This document shows positions 20,769 through 32,015 of a stretch of DNA of 64,000 bases, piece by piece. Source of the DNA: Paramoeba atlantica (lineage: Eukaryota; Protista; Discosea); the NCBI GenBank assembly GCA_977017575.1, contig CDRNVI010000020.1, forward strand, positions 434,001-498,000, written 5' to 3'. Positions within the stretch are counted from its first letter, which is position 1. Every line of letters starts with the position of its first letter. A program made the translations under genes and the position numbers. A model generated the notes under the pieces. It had not been told where the DNA came from. It saw only the letters and a list, made by a program, of their open reading frames with translations, and did not search any database.

Positions 20769-23700
20769 TTAGCGCACGCCCCGCCGGTACCAATTTCGTA
20801 CCGCGGCGTGCGCTATCTGGGCGTTCCCCTTTTGGATGGCTACCCCAATTGCCATGATGAAGTGGCTGAGGCAACCATTCTTTTCTCCGGTGGCCTTTCG
20901 AGCAACCAGTTTAAGAAACTGGAGGGTCTCGGGGCCGGGGACACCGTAAGTGGTGAAGGCCAGCGGGAAGAAGTCCATCTCCCTGGCCCCCGCCATTTCT
21001 TCGTGAGTACGCCTTTTGAGGCGTTCGGCCTGTCTCACGGTGAAGGAGGAGTCTGCTGCCTCCTTGTCCACATAAGACGGTGCCAGTGGGTTCACCACCG
21101 TCACGTCTACGAGGACGAGCTTCCGCCCCAAAAGGAAACAGATGTCCGGTCCCCGCCCGTTGTCGAACCTAGGTTCGACTAGGTCCGGGGAGAATCCGTA
21201 CTGGATCAGTAGGTTCCTGAAGGTTTCCTTAACCCCCTTATGGCGAGAGGCCTGAGTCTTGTTACGAACCTTTTTGCAATCCATGGCATGGACGTAGAAA
21301 TCCTCGTTTTTGAGGGCTGCGCCACACACACATTGGATCTCAGGTTCGGAGGTGGGGGCCACCATGTACCGGAGCCTAGCGGCGGTCTCCCATTCGGGAT
21401 CCCGCATGTAGTACTCCGGCCTGTTCGGCCACGCGTTCATCCACTTGGTGGAGTGGGTGTTCTGAATCTGTCGCATGCAGACCAGATGCGTGGCCGACGG
21501 TGCCTTGTCCATAGCCGCCGCCCCATAAGCACGTCGCTGCTCCCTGGCTGGGGTGCCAGGGGGTCGGCCTTGTAAGGCCTTGACGGCTTTGGCCTGCATG
21601 TCCTCCGCCTTGTCTTCGAAGGGGATGGTGCCCAGGAAGTCCGCCGTAAAAAGTTTGTTTGCGAACGGCGTCGTTCCTATTGCACCCATCCCCCCGATTA
21701 AGGTTTAGGAGCATGCGGTGATGGCCGCGTCTACCTGAAGGTTTGCCTTTTTGGTCACCCCCGGTTCATGCATACGAACTATGTAGTTCCACCGGGGGCT
21801 CCCGAATAGGCGAAGAAGGGGAAGGGCGCACTGTCTGGGTAAGTCCTTCAGCTTACCCAAGAAGTTTGTGACCTTGGGAACCTTCGATAGGACCTATCCC
21901 TCTTCAACTGCTTCCGTGGCGCCAATATACGCCCCCAGAAGCTTGAACCCCCCCGGAGCATGTTGCATCCTGCTCCCCGAGAAGACCGAGTACAAGTCCG
22001 GGTGGCGGGTAGCCACCATGCACTTGGCCGTGTTGACCTTTAAGCCCAAAAACTTGATCTCCGCTTCCATGGAGCCAAGGGCATTTACGCACACCCCGGG
22101 CTCCGCGTCTATGGTTATATCATCCAGATATGCCCATAGCTTTAGACAGCCAGAGTATTTAGCCGCCACGGCCGAGATGGCGCCCTGTATCCCTAAGGCA
22201 AAAAGGATGGGCGCCATCGGGTCCCCTTGTTTCACCCCCCGGGAGCTAGGGACGGCAATCCCCTCCCCCAGGTGGATCTTGCTAGGGGTCCCGTACCCGA
22301 AAAGGGAAATCCCGATCATAGGGAAAAGGTTCTGGTACCTTTTCAAGGCTCGGAAAATGGCCGCGCGGGAAATGCTGTTAAAAGCATTTTCCAGGTCGAC
22401 CGCCACGATCACCTCATCGGGTCTGTCGCGGAAGTGATCTCTCACTTCATACACGACTTGCTCGCATCCTTGAGTGTATTGGGCTCCGAATTGGAGGCCC
22501 TGAAACACAGCTGGGAGGTGGTCTCTGACCTGTTCAAGGGCTAGTAGATCCGCGAGCTTCAGGATGACCTCCCCCATGGCAATGGGCCTGTACGAGGAGT
22601 GATGTCCCACCGGGGCCCCAGGCTTGTTAAAGAGCTTGAGGTTGGCTCCCGCGAGGAAATCCCTCATCGTGGGAGGGAGGGAGTTCGTGAGGATCCCTTG
22701 GATGATCCAAGTGACCACGTCCCTCGGGTCATCCTCCTGGAGGATGGGGACCAGGAGTTCTTTGGTCCATCTGGACGGGCCTGGCGGTCTAAGCGGCGCA
22801 AGGCTAGTTGCCTTACGGACAACATCTGCCGCCGACGGGAGGGGTCCATGACTTTCCTTGTCATGGACGAACTTGGGGGACGAACTTGGGGGACCTCCCG
22901 TAGGGTGGAGGCGTTTCACCTGTTCCCCCGCTGTAGCCGGGTTTGCCGGCGGATCGAGGGGGGCTTCCAAGATTTTAGCCGCCCTCGAGAAAGCCCCCGC
23001 CCGGATCAGCTCGGTAACCCGTTTGATAACAGAACGGGGGAAACTGTTGGTGAGGAGGGGAGTTGGAGCGATGGATTCCGACCCCTCTAGGTGAGCCCGT
23101 TTCCGTAACTCCCTCGCCAACTACCTCTGGGACAGCTTGTCCTCGGGGAAAAACAGGAACCGTTTAACCCCGAGAAGAAGATCCCAGGCGATTTTGGTCT
23201 TCCCTTCCTGCGACTTCCCCAAGAAGTCGCTACAGATAGACTTAATGTAGTCTTTCCACGCGGGGCATTGGATTGCGTACAGTTTACGTAGTGAGCCCCT
23301 ATCGAGGAGCTGGGCTAGGCTGTCCGGGTAAGGCGTGACGTTACCCTGCTCAGTGACCGCGCCTTGGGTATGAGGGGGCGTGGCGCTGGGGGCCATGTCG
23401 GGGGGGTCCGTCCCTGCGCGGTGGGAGTACGGAGGCGGAGAATGGGAGGAAGATGCATGGAAAGGAGGGCGTTGCGGTGAGGTCACAGCCTCGATTCCTT
23501 CCATGATAGTTCCTTCCCTGCTGGGGGAAGGGGTGTCGGGCTCCTGGAGGAGGGCACTCGGAGTCTCGCTCGGTGCCTGCCGGGGCTGGGGGGCGGATGA
23601 GGTCAGCGACTCTCGGTTCTTGTGTCTGGGGCCAGGGTTTGCCCCGATGCATCCCCTGCGTAGATTGCATTTGACAACCCGGGCGGTCCATCCCGTTTCG

Positions 23701-23927
23701 CTGACTAGGGTTTCTGTAGGGAGGAAACACCATAGCACACCCTCCTCGTATTCACGAGGTTTCCAAGCTCCAGCCAGCACTGGGGGAATACCGAGAATCT
23801 CACTCAGACCGGCCGGGATGTTGTGGGCCGCCTGTAGTCCGGGGGCATTAATGAACCCGTGCATGGACCCATCGTACACCCAAATAACGGCCGCCTCGTT
23901 GTTACGGGGGTAGGGACAGGCTGACCG
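20769..23927 (-). pseudogene. pol ORF of the CRE-like element (RT plus REL endonuclease), one frame with three in-frame stops
   Basis: Track ORFs 23121-23879, 21894-23120 and 20769-21689 share one frame. Stops are TAG 23121-23123, TAG 21894-21896 and TAA 21705-21707. Confidence 0.85.
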
Positions 23928-25643
23928 CTACTCGTTGAGCGCGATCTAGGCCCTCCCGATCTGTGATAGGGGTGGTTTCGCCAGCACTGTCTTTGAGGAG
24001 GAGATTTTCCCCAGGGACCCCTAAAGTGTTCCCCACTGTGCCGAGGAAAGCTTGGAAAGAGGAGTCCGGGGGGCAGGGGATAGTGGCATATCCGGCTCGC
24101 TCCGGCCCGAGATCGAGTAGGATCTTGAAGGGTTCTGAAACAGAGTCGACCTGGGGATTGATTGGCGGTGCAGGTGTAGCCTGCGAGGGAATTAGCTTCG
24201 TCGCTATCCCAGGGAAAGGTGTGGGATGAGGGGGAGAACGAAAGGTGGGCTGGGGCCAGGGTGGGCCTCCAGCCATCGCACTCGCCTGTGCCCTTTGGAG
24301 GTGGGCCTCCATCGTGCAGAACTCATATAGAGCCATGAAGGAGGAGAAGCGATCGGCCTTGATCCTGAGGGCTTCCGGGGAGTGTTCCCGAAGCAGGACC
24401 CGTGACGCAGCCCTTAGGCGTTTCGGCCCGTGCACCTTGATGCGATGCGCCTGGAGGGAGACAATATGCGGCTGCGTAATGCCGCATTCGGAGCAAACCA
24501 GACACCCTTCATTAATGAGATAGATACGCTCCTCGATGGACTTGTGGGTGTCGTGCAGCGTCCAAACGGCTTCGAGTGTAAAGGTTTCTGTACCTTGTTG
24601 GTACATTTTGCTAGCCCTTCCTTTCTTTTCCCGGAAACGGGCATACATTTTCCTTTTAAATGCCCGTTTCCGGCTGACGGCTAGCAGGGACTGTCCCTCT
24701 TTGTCGTGGAAGTAGGGGACGTACTTCCGACTTTTCACCCCTCCCCGGCTCACTCCTTGAGTGAGTTTTCTTCCCTCCCCGGCTTTCTTCTTCTCGCGCC
24801 TGTCTCTTCCCGGGAGCTATGCGCCATGGTGGCCTCCCTTGAGGACCACTGGGCGTGACTCTGCCTCGCATTATCGCGAGGCAGCGGTCGGTTGCAGTGC
24901 GCCCCTCCGGCTGCGTAAAGAGGTGGTGAGTTTCCTGGACCACCTCTACCGACTGGGACCGAGTCGGTTGCAGTACGCCCCTCCGGCTGCGTAAAGAGAG
25001 GGCGAGTTGCCTGGACCCCCTCTACCGACCGAGTCCGTGTCGAACCCCCTTTGGCGACATCCATTGTGGGCGGATTATGTGCCGATGATATCGGCCGTCG
25101 CATTAAGAGGATTATCTCTGCGCCAAAGAGCGCATGATAAACAAACCGACGTTCACGGGCCTCTTTCTCCATCATTGATGTTACGTCGTGTTCGGCGCTG
25201 AGGGTCACAGCCAGCCATAAGGTGACTGCGCATCTTCCTGTCTCCGCGGAAAAGCGATTTGAGCCGGTTCGGGCAGGAAGGAGCTTGAGGCGGACAGCGT
25301 CCATGGATTTGAACTGCTGTGCCATTGTGGGTAGGGATAACGACCGCTCACCGGGCGGCGGGCCGTCGCTGTCCATTTCGTCTCGGGCCACAGTGTCACT
25401 ACCGCCCATGCGGGTGACGGTGGAGAAGGGCTTAGAGGAGAGGTTAGCCGGGGGGAAAGGTGCAAAGGAGACGGTTGACGCTTTCTTCAGTATCGGAGCA
25501 GGAGCATTCGCCTGAGGGGTGCGAGCTCTGTTCCGGGAGCGGCTCCGAGGAGAGATGGAACGTGGGGGTCTTCGGGTTACCGACCGGTGTCGAGAGGACC
25601 TAGGAGAAGAAGCAGAGAGGGGAGGAGGGATCCCGGGAGTCAT
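23902..25643 (-). pseudogene. ORF1-like region of the CRE-like element (Arg/Ser-rich N-terminus, about 77-bp tandem duplication, CCHH zinc finger)
   Basis: Duplicated gtcggttgcagt(g/a)cgcccctccggctgcgtaaagag units at about 24887 and 24964. Frameshifts inferred by comparison with the copy at 34793-35350. Confidence 0.7.
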
Positions 25644-25762
25644 TTTTCGAACTGCCTTTTGATTTTAACGTATACTGGTTGGAGGATTAAAAAATATTAC
25701 ACGCGCTGGAACATTCGTTTATTGTTTTTATGAATCTATAAAACTTTAAACTGTTTTTTTAG

Positions 25763-26839
25763 ATGAATCTTCCCCTTCCCTTTAACAGTAGTGTCGCCCT
25801 GGAACGTGAGTTTCGAAACCTACCACCGACCAAAGCCAACGTACACGCAGCCCTTCTCCACCTCGAGGACCTCTGTCTGCAAGGTCACACCCATGCTGTA
25901 CTCCAGACGCTCTCCGGTCTCCTACGACGACCTTCTCGGCCCCCACCTGAGTTTACTCTTCCCTCAAACTGGTTCGGTTGGTGTCTCGTCGATGGTGTTC
26001 TCCGTTCACCATGGCTCCAAACCCTTTCCGAGACGTCTTCCCGGGAAACAGCTCCCCTACCCCTACCCCACGACATGAGGCTCCAAGCTAATCAAACCCT
26101 GCACCACGGGCTCCATGAGCTTCTCCCGGTTCGACTCTACGAGACGCTCACAGCGTTGCTTTCGAGTTTGCCGCTTTCTGGAACACAAAAAGAAACAGCC
26201 ATTTTTTCACCACACTCTCTCTTATTACTTTGTCTTCTCCCTTTTATGGATTTACTCCGTGCGTGGTGGAGTGATGGGATTCTCCCCGGTGAGGTCCGCT
26301 CAAGGCTCTCCGAGGTGTTCCGACAGTGTCTTACGGAGGTGACAAAGAAGACATTGAAACCCTTACAGCAACAACAGCAGCAAGAGAAACTGGAAAAGAC
26401 AGGAGCGGAATCCTCTTCTGTCGTCCGGATAGTGTACGCAAACGAAATCTCCAGGGAGGGGGAAGCGGCTTCCTCGTCAGGGTCAGCCCAGGAGGGAAGA
26501 AAGGGGGACAAATTGACAGACCCGATAAATTTGGATAATTTACTGTCCGAAGGTACGGGAAATACACATTCCCACCCTCTGGAGAAGTTACATGCGACCC
26601 TTTCGCATTTAAACGACAGCCGTGGGATACGATGTTACCACTGTGGAATGCCGTTCCAGAGTGCCTCTGCTCGTGACCGCCATGGGCGGTGTCATTTTGA
26701 GTATCGCGTCTCGGAGCGGAATTATTTCCGTTCTTACAGCCGTACCCCCACACAGTGGATCGAGTCCACCCCAGATGTAGAAAACGGGACCTACGTGTCC
26801 GCACTGCAGACCCCAAGTGGGATGTATCACTTGCGGTGA
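25763..26839 (+). CDS. Pcf11-like protein (CID-like N-terminus plus C2H2 zinc finger)
   Basis: WCLVDGVLRS resembles the CID YLIDSIVKN helix. CYHCGMPF...HGRCHF...RSYSRTPTQWI resembles the Pcf11 zinc finger and following SRxW motif. Confidence 0.55.
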   Translation: MNLPLPFNSSVALEREFRNLPPTKANVHAALLHLEDLCLQGHTHAVLQTLSGLLRRPSRPPPEFTLPSNWFGWCLVDGVLRSPWLQTLSETSSRETAPLPLPHDMRLQANQTLHHGLHELLPVRLYETLTALLSSLPLSGTQKETAIFSPHSLLLLCLLPFMDLLRAWWSDGILPGEVRSRLSEVFRQCLTEVTKKTLKPLQQQQQQEKLEKTGAESSSVVRIVYANEISREGEAASSSGSAQEGRKGDKLTDPINLDNLLSEGTGNTHSHPLEKLHATLSHLNDSRGIRCYHCGMPFQSASARDRHGRCHFEYRVSERNYFRSYSRTPTQWIESTPDVENGTYVSALQTPSGMYHLR

Positions 26840-27072
26840 AATGAAAGACTCGGGGCTTCGTAGAAAGCACTTAGAGTGGGTTGATTGCAAAGGAAAACGT
26901 GGAATTCAACATGCATGCATTTTCAATTGTCTAGCTGATGCATATTTCTTTTGATTCGAAAACATTGTTAAACGAATACATTTGACAACATGTCTGTTTG
27001 TTTCGCAACAAGATGATTTTTAAAGTACTTAAGGTGCGCGAATATGAATCAATCGTTTCTTTTGTAAAACCA

Positions 27073-27924
27073 ATGTCTGACGATCACAGAATGACACAGT
27101 GCCCAGGTTCAAAGCACCCAAAGTGCAGTCAGAGCTACAATGCTCGCCGAGGAAAAGTGTCCAGTTCGCTTCTCCCTCCGGAAATCGAACTGTCTCGATT
27201 TGTAGCAGATTTTAAGAATACAGATCCATCCTGGAGCTCATCAACCCCGGCTTGCAAGTGGTCGGGAATTATTTGTCTAGATTCGACGAGACCAGAGGAA
27301 GTAACAAATATGGAATGGCACCAGTATTCACTTCGAGGAACTCCGAATTGGAAGTACATACCCCATTCGGTTCTGGATTTGAATATGTTCGAAAACTTTT
27401 TGACTGGTGAACTACCTCTTGATGTCCTTCCACTCGAGCTAAAGTTTCTATATCTGGGTTCAAACCAGCTCAACGGCTCCTTACCTACACAAGATCTGCC
27501 TAGTTCTCTAATCGAGGCATATTTATGGGGAAATTCATTTTCCAGCACGCTTGATTTGAGCATTCTTCCTATAACTCTCACTGAGTTTTCGGTTGCTCAC
27601 AACAAATTCTTTGGTTCTCTTAATCTGACTACATTGCCACGCTCAATGACAGAGCTCCAGTTAGAAAACAATGCATTTACGGGAAGTATTGATTTAGGCA
27701 GCCTCCCCCCTTCTATGAACGATCTCAATATAAATATCAATCGTATTGAACATGTATCGGGACTCAACTCATTACCGTTAACGTTACGAGAACTAAATGT
27801 TACCAATAACAACGTACTCACCGGAGAATTTGATAAAGTATTATTTCCTCCTCTCCTTAATTTTGTGTTCGATGAGACTCTTTTGAAGGAAATAGAAAGT
27901 GCGCTGGTGACTGTACACAAGTGA
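27073..27924 (+). CDS. Short LRR protein (member 7)
   Basis: RRGKVSSSLLPPE, PACKWSGIIC, about 8 LRRs. ATG 27073 (MSDDH) aligns with paralog starts. Confidence 0.9.
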   Translation: MSDDHRMTQCPGSKHPKCSQSYNARRGKVSSSLLPPEIELSRFVADFKNTDPSWSSSTPACKWSGIICLDSTRPEEVTNMEWHQYSLRGTPNWKYIPHSVLDLNMFENFLTGELPLDVLPLELKFLYLGSNQLNGSLPTQDLPSSLIEAYLWGNSFSSTLDLSILPITLTEFSVAHNKFFGSLNLTTLPRSMTELQLENNAFTGSIDLGSLPPSMNDLNININRIEHVSGLNSLPLTLRELNVTNNNVLTGEFDKVLFPPLLNFVFDETLLKEIESALVTVHK

Positions 27925-28375
27925 CGCAATCTACAATGTAATTAACTTTGTATGTTAACAATGTTTTATTTAACAAATCGTAAATGAAGAAAGTAATTGG
28001 CAACAATTTGGAAACAATTTCAGAAAAGGTAAACTAGGTGTCGCAGTATAGGAAAATACACTAACCTGCGGAAGTGGTAGACATAGGTTCTCAGTGCACG
28101 ACCCGCGCGCTCCAGCGCGCGGGTCGCCATAAAATATAATTCTGTCCCAGAGCTACGCTCACAGTAGGGCCTCCAGAAGTGGGCTACGCTCACAGTTAGG
28201 CCTTGCCTCCAGACACGTAAACTACAGTGTAGGTGTCGCTTTCGTGGGCTCTGCCATCACACGGGCATCTCCAGACATGTGAACGAGGTATAAATTTTAT
28301 TCTATGTAAATGTTTGTTTTCAAAAGCTGGTCTCGAAACCGTTCGATGAATATTCACCGAAGGTGCTACATAGCC

Positions 28376-28621
28376 AAAAATTGGCCACTGAACTCCCCAG
28401 ATCTTTCATCCATGGAAACCGTATGGAGTATGGTGCAAGAGCTTGTCGATGAGTACACTACTTCAAATAAGGAAGACCTCATAAAAAGCGTTTGTAAAGA
28501 TTGGGCTAAATTATCTCAAGAATATATTTACTGTATATATTTATTGTATGATTCGATCTTGACTTTTTCTCACCTTGAGCCGTGTGTGGCCAACAACGGG
28601 GAAAAGGTGACAAAATGGTAA
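28376..28621 (+). pseudogene. C-terminal fragment of a Tc1/IS630-family transposase
   Basis: WPLNSPDLSSMETVWSMV matches WPxxSPDLNPIExxW; ends CVANNGEKVTKW*. Confidence 0.75.
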
Positions 28622-29028
28622 TTCTTCTTTAAAATGTACGTATTCGTTTCTTTTTGTCTCGTTTCTTCACGCGCAAGATCTTTGTGTTGAGATCTGCGAA
28701 AAGCAAAAAAAATCAACTCAAATGGACACGTGGCATAGGGTGGGGTTCCTTATTGATGAAGGGGGGTTTACATGTACAAGCAAGGATATGTAAGCAAAGA
28801 CTGCTATATCCGTATCTAAAAATGCCCAATCTACTGCCCAATCGTCAGTTCCTTAGAAGAACGTTTGACGGTATGGTTATTTATTCACATACTCTGTCTC
28901 TCATTGATTCTGTCACCTTTTCACGAAAAGTAGTGACAGATAAGTATGGGTGTACAATAAGTGAAAACAGCTATTTATTCAAATATTTATTACACACCTC
29001 GTTCTCACTCACTCGCATCCCACTCAAC

Positions 29029-30345
29029 ATGTTTCACCACGGTTCTTCCTTCACCTCACCCTTCCTTCATCGAGCCCACTCCTCCCCTTCCCGTCACTTC
29101 CACTACCGTCGTTTACGAAAGAAACTCGACCTCCGTGGCACCTCCTTCCGATCCTGGTCGCGACAACACCGAAATACCTCCTCCCCCTTCCCCTCCTCCC
29201 CTCCCCCACCCCTCACCTCCGATCTCGACACCAGCCTCCGCCTTCCCGGCTTTGGTCTTCCAAAACTCGACCGTCAGCTCCAGCAACGCATCCGGGAGCG
29301 TCGTCTACGTTACCCTAACCTCCACACCTCCCACTGGACCCAAACCCCCGCCAAAGTCCTCTCCTCCCCCCACACCCTCCGTACCCCCGAATCCCTCCCC
29401 TTCCACGCGATCCAAGGCAAAGGGGACGATGAGCCCCTGAGTGCCCACCCCAGCGCCTCCCTCGAGGAGCGAGCGCTCCGTCTCCACGGGGACCAGGCCT
29501 GGAAGCACACCCCACCCCCCGTACCCTATACCCCCCTCATGGCGGCTAAACTCCGAAAAGGGGCGTTATGGCCCCAAGCCCCCACAACGGAGGGGCTTTC
29601 CCTAACCAACACCAATACAAACAGCACGGCAAATCGAAACCACAACAGCGTTAACCCCACCAACCTGCAAACCCTCCGCGTGCTTCGACACCCGGACAAC
29701 ATGACCTACAACGCCCGGGAGTACTCCCGTCGCGTGGAGTACTGGCTCCGGCGGGACTGGAAAACCATCCCCGGGGTCCCGGGGGACCACATGGTCTTCT
29801 CCCAGTTCATCCTGGTCCGGGTGATCACCTCCGACACCAACGCGAGGATGTACATCGTGTGGAGCACCGTCCACCCCGGGGCCCGCTCCGATCTCGAGCC
29901 CTGGGTCGCCAACCTCAACTTCTTTGTGTTGCGAAAGATACGGCAACGGATACGGAGGTTTCGACCCCGGCGGCTGCCTCAGATCGTGTGGGTCTATGAG
30001 AGCGGGGCCGCGACCCCTACGGAGCTCCCACGGGGGGTGGTCCGGGAGGTCCGGGCGCTTCACCAGGAGGCGTTCACGCTGGACCTCCAGAGTCGGGTGG
30101 AGGAGATCAAGGCACTGGATAGTGTGGCGGGGCGGTTAAAGGGGGTACCGTGGTACATGCCCTATTTGTGGGCCAAGGAGGAGAGGGTGGGGAGGGAGAA
30201 GGCACGGGGGGAGTACCAGAGGAGGAAGCAAGGGGAGGGGGGGAGGAAGAAAGCGGGGATGGAAAAAGGGGATAGCATCCGGGGGATCCCGGATGCGGGG
30301 AGAGAAACGCGTACGTTGGAGGCGGGGTCGAAGTTTGTGGCATGA
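29029..30345 (+). CDS. Mitochondrial ribosome-binding factor A (RbfA)-like protein
   Basis: Arg/Ser/His-rich presequence-like start MFHHGSS. LVRVITSDTNARMYIVWS...LRKIRQRIRRFRPRRLPQIVWVYE fits the RbfA KH-fold pattern. The upstream ORF extension from 28654 looks non-coding. Confidence 0.62.
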   Translation: MFHHGSSFTSPFLHRAHSSPSRHFHYRRLRKKLDLRGTSFRSWSRQHRNTSSPFPSSPPPPLTSDLDTSLRLPGFGLPKLDRQLQQRIRERRLRYPNLHTSHWTQTPAKVLSSPHTLRTPESLPFHAIQGKGDDEPLSAHPSASLEERALRLHGDQAWKHTPPPVPYTPLMAAKLRKGALWPQAPTTEGLSLTNTNTNSTANRNHNSVNPTNLQTLRVLRHPDNMTYNAREYSRRVEYWLRRDWKTIPGVPGDHMVFSQFILVRVITSDTNARMYIVWSTVHPGARSDLEPWVANLNFFVLRKIRQRIRRFRPRRLPQIVWVYESGAATPTELPRGVVREVRALHQEAFTLDLQSRVEEIKALDSVAGRLKGVPWYMPYLWAKEERVGREKARGEYQRRKQGEGGRKKAGMEKGDSIRGIPDAGRETRTLEAGSKFVA

Positions 30346-30907
30346 AGAAAGGGGTAGAGTTGAGTGGAAGGGTGGGGGGGGGGGCGATACGTCGCTGTAA
30401 AGAACAAAGAGTTGTTCGTATCTGGCTTGTACCATATCTGACGTATGCATGGTAACTCCTATTTTTGACAGGCGGGGTAATACCTGCAAAATTCGAATAT
30501 GGGTATCGAAACGTTTTAGTCACTACAGGTCCTGTGTATACAGTTGAATGCACACTTGACGGATTTTTGCCCCACATCCTTACGTTGCTGAAAAGGTTAT
30601 TATTTGGTGTATACAGGGGGGGCACGAAAACAGTTACACCTGCCAATTTTGGCCTATGCGGCCGTTTTGGCTACTTTTTGTTGCATTTTGCAGATCTCCA
30701 TAGCTATTGGTTCAGCGAGCCACCAGCGAACCAAGCGAACCACTTTTTGTGCTAAACAGTGCCACACAGTAGAAATGTTTTACTCGATTTTACAAAGCAA
30801 TATTCAACTTATCTTTTTTTCCTTATGTATTTAGGGTATTTCATCATGGAACAATCGTCTTTAAAATGTAGACAGTTTCATCTTTCTATCCAAAATTTAA
30901 ATTTCTT

Positions 30908-32013
30908 ATGGGTCGAAGACGTGTTATGTCACAGGAAGAGGTTCCAGAACTGCCACTTATATCTTCCTCCCCGAACAACTCTAATGTACTGTCGCCAGAG
31001 CATTCAAACACACTTTTTGCGACCGCTAGTGCTCGACGAGAAGCGGCGAATACACTGGCAGAGCGTAGGGCGGAAGCTCCGAGTCAGACAACTCTGGATG
31101 TCGCTTTTGTGACCCCCCGTCAAACTTCGAAGAAATGAGGGGAGGGCCCGCCTTGCTCCGGCTCCACTGGATCAAAGAAAACTTTGTTGATGAAGTCTGT
31201 ACGGCGGATGTCATCTGCCTTTCTGCAGAGAAAAGGAACAAGTGTGATGATCTTGCTCTGCGAGATCAATCAAATCATTTTATTCATCTCCGCTGTAGGC
31301 GCTGTGCCGAAGTATTTCACTCACACTCTGAGTCTACTTACAATCGCCACCTGAATCATGTCTGTCCTGGGACTTCGAAAAATTCAGTAACACTAGTGCA
31401 AGAGGAAAAGACTCCATTTGAATTTTGGCGTAGTGATTTCCCCGTCATTACACTTTGCAGAACAAATTGGGCAACGGTGGCCGTACAGCGCGCAGAGAGA
31501 TGATATTCTACGGGCAATGCCAAAGGAGGTGAGCACTTTGGAAACCGACATGTCCGTCTTAGAAGCTAAAATATGGCGTCAAATACATGAGTTAATTGAC
31601 AGCTACGAGTTGTTTGGAATACGAGTGTATTGCTTTGGACGGAGGCACGGATCAGGTTCTCGGTGAACACATCATGGTAACGGTGCTCTATGTAGGTCCT
31701 CATCATTGGGTACTTCCGCCTATGTATCGCGAAAAACATGGCGCATTTAATGGTGCCCAGATCGGTGCACAAATTGTTGATTATCTTCGCCGCCGTTTAG
31801 GGGCGCAACGTCTGCGAAAATGGGCCTACCTCATAGTAGATGGGGCTGCCGTCAATCGTGTGGCCCGGCAGGAGGCTGAGAACGAACTTGGCGAATTGTA
31901 TCGACGATTGGGCATTGTGGGTGAGCGATTTCTCATCAATGAGGAATGCGGTTCAAGGATCAACTATTGCTCAACTACAGGGAGACGTCATATTGATCGA
32001 TGGAAACGTACTG
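30908..32013 (+). pseudogene. hAT-superfamily transposase remnant, divergent homolog of 2611-3828, with frameshifts
   Basis: CRRC...HLNHVC BED finger; MPKEVSTL...YELFG(I)ALDGGTD...PPMY...GAFNG...YLIVDGAAVN aligns with the first hAT copy. 10-nt insertion at about 31621. Cut by a TIR element at 32016. Confidence 0.75.
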
Positions 32014-32015
32014 TA

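Larger units (their letters stand above)
20731..25650 (-). mobile_element. Near full-length CRE-clade (CRE/SLACS/CZAR-like) non-LTR retrotransposon, inactivated by nonsense and frameshift mutations
   Basis: A-tail (T9 on + at 20731-20739). Endonuclease CVC...H...C, RH, GPD...D, K (20769-21689). RT PGPSRW, RPIAMGE, QFG, DLENAFNS, GVKQGDPMAP, YLDD (21894-23120). CCHH finger CSEC...HRIKVH in the upstream ORF. 5' boundary approximate. Confidence 0.9.

Noticed and set aside
21705-23123. Three in-frame stops (TAG, TAG, TAA) without frameshifts in the CRE pol ORF, suggesting stop-codon reassignment as in Blastocrithidia
   Set aside because: Host genes here end at TAA (18512, 39452), TAG (8007, 19874, 51783) and TGA (5358, 30345) where homologs end, and long core ORFs have no internal stops. 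Each stop is one transition from CAG, TGG or CAA, so ordinary decay explains them.
25660-25680. ttttaacgtatactgg at the CRE 5' flank as a possible second SL/TSD copy
   Set aside because: Only a weak taacg.tata resemblance; the expected duplicate ctataaagatacagtttctg and the SL intron are absent.
28654-29028. 125-codon N-terminal extension of the RbfA-like ORF
   Set aside because: It starts at TTG, is AT-rich like intergenic DNA, and precedes a pyrimidine tract; ATG 29029 gives a presequence-like start.
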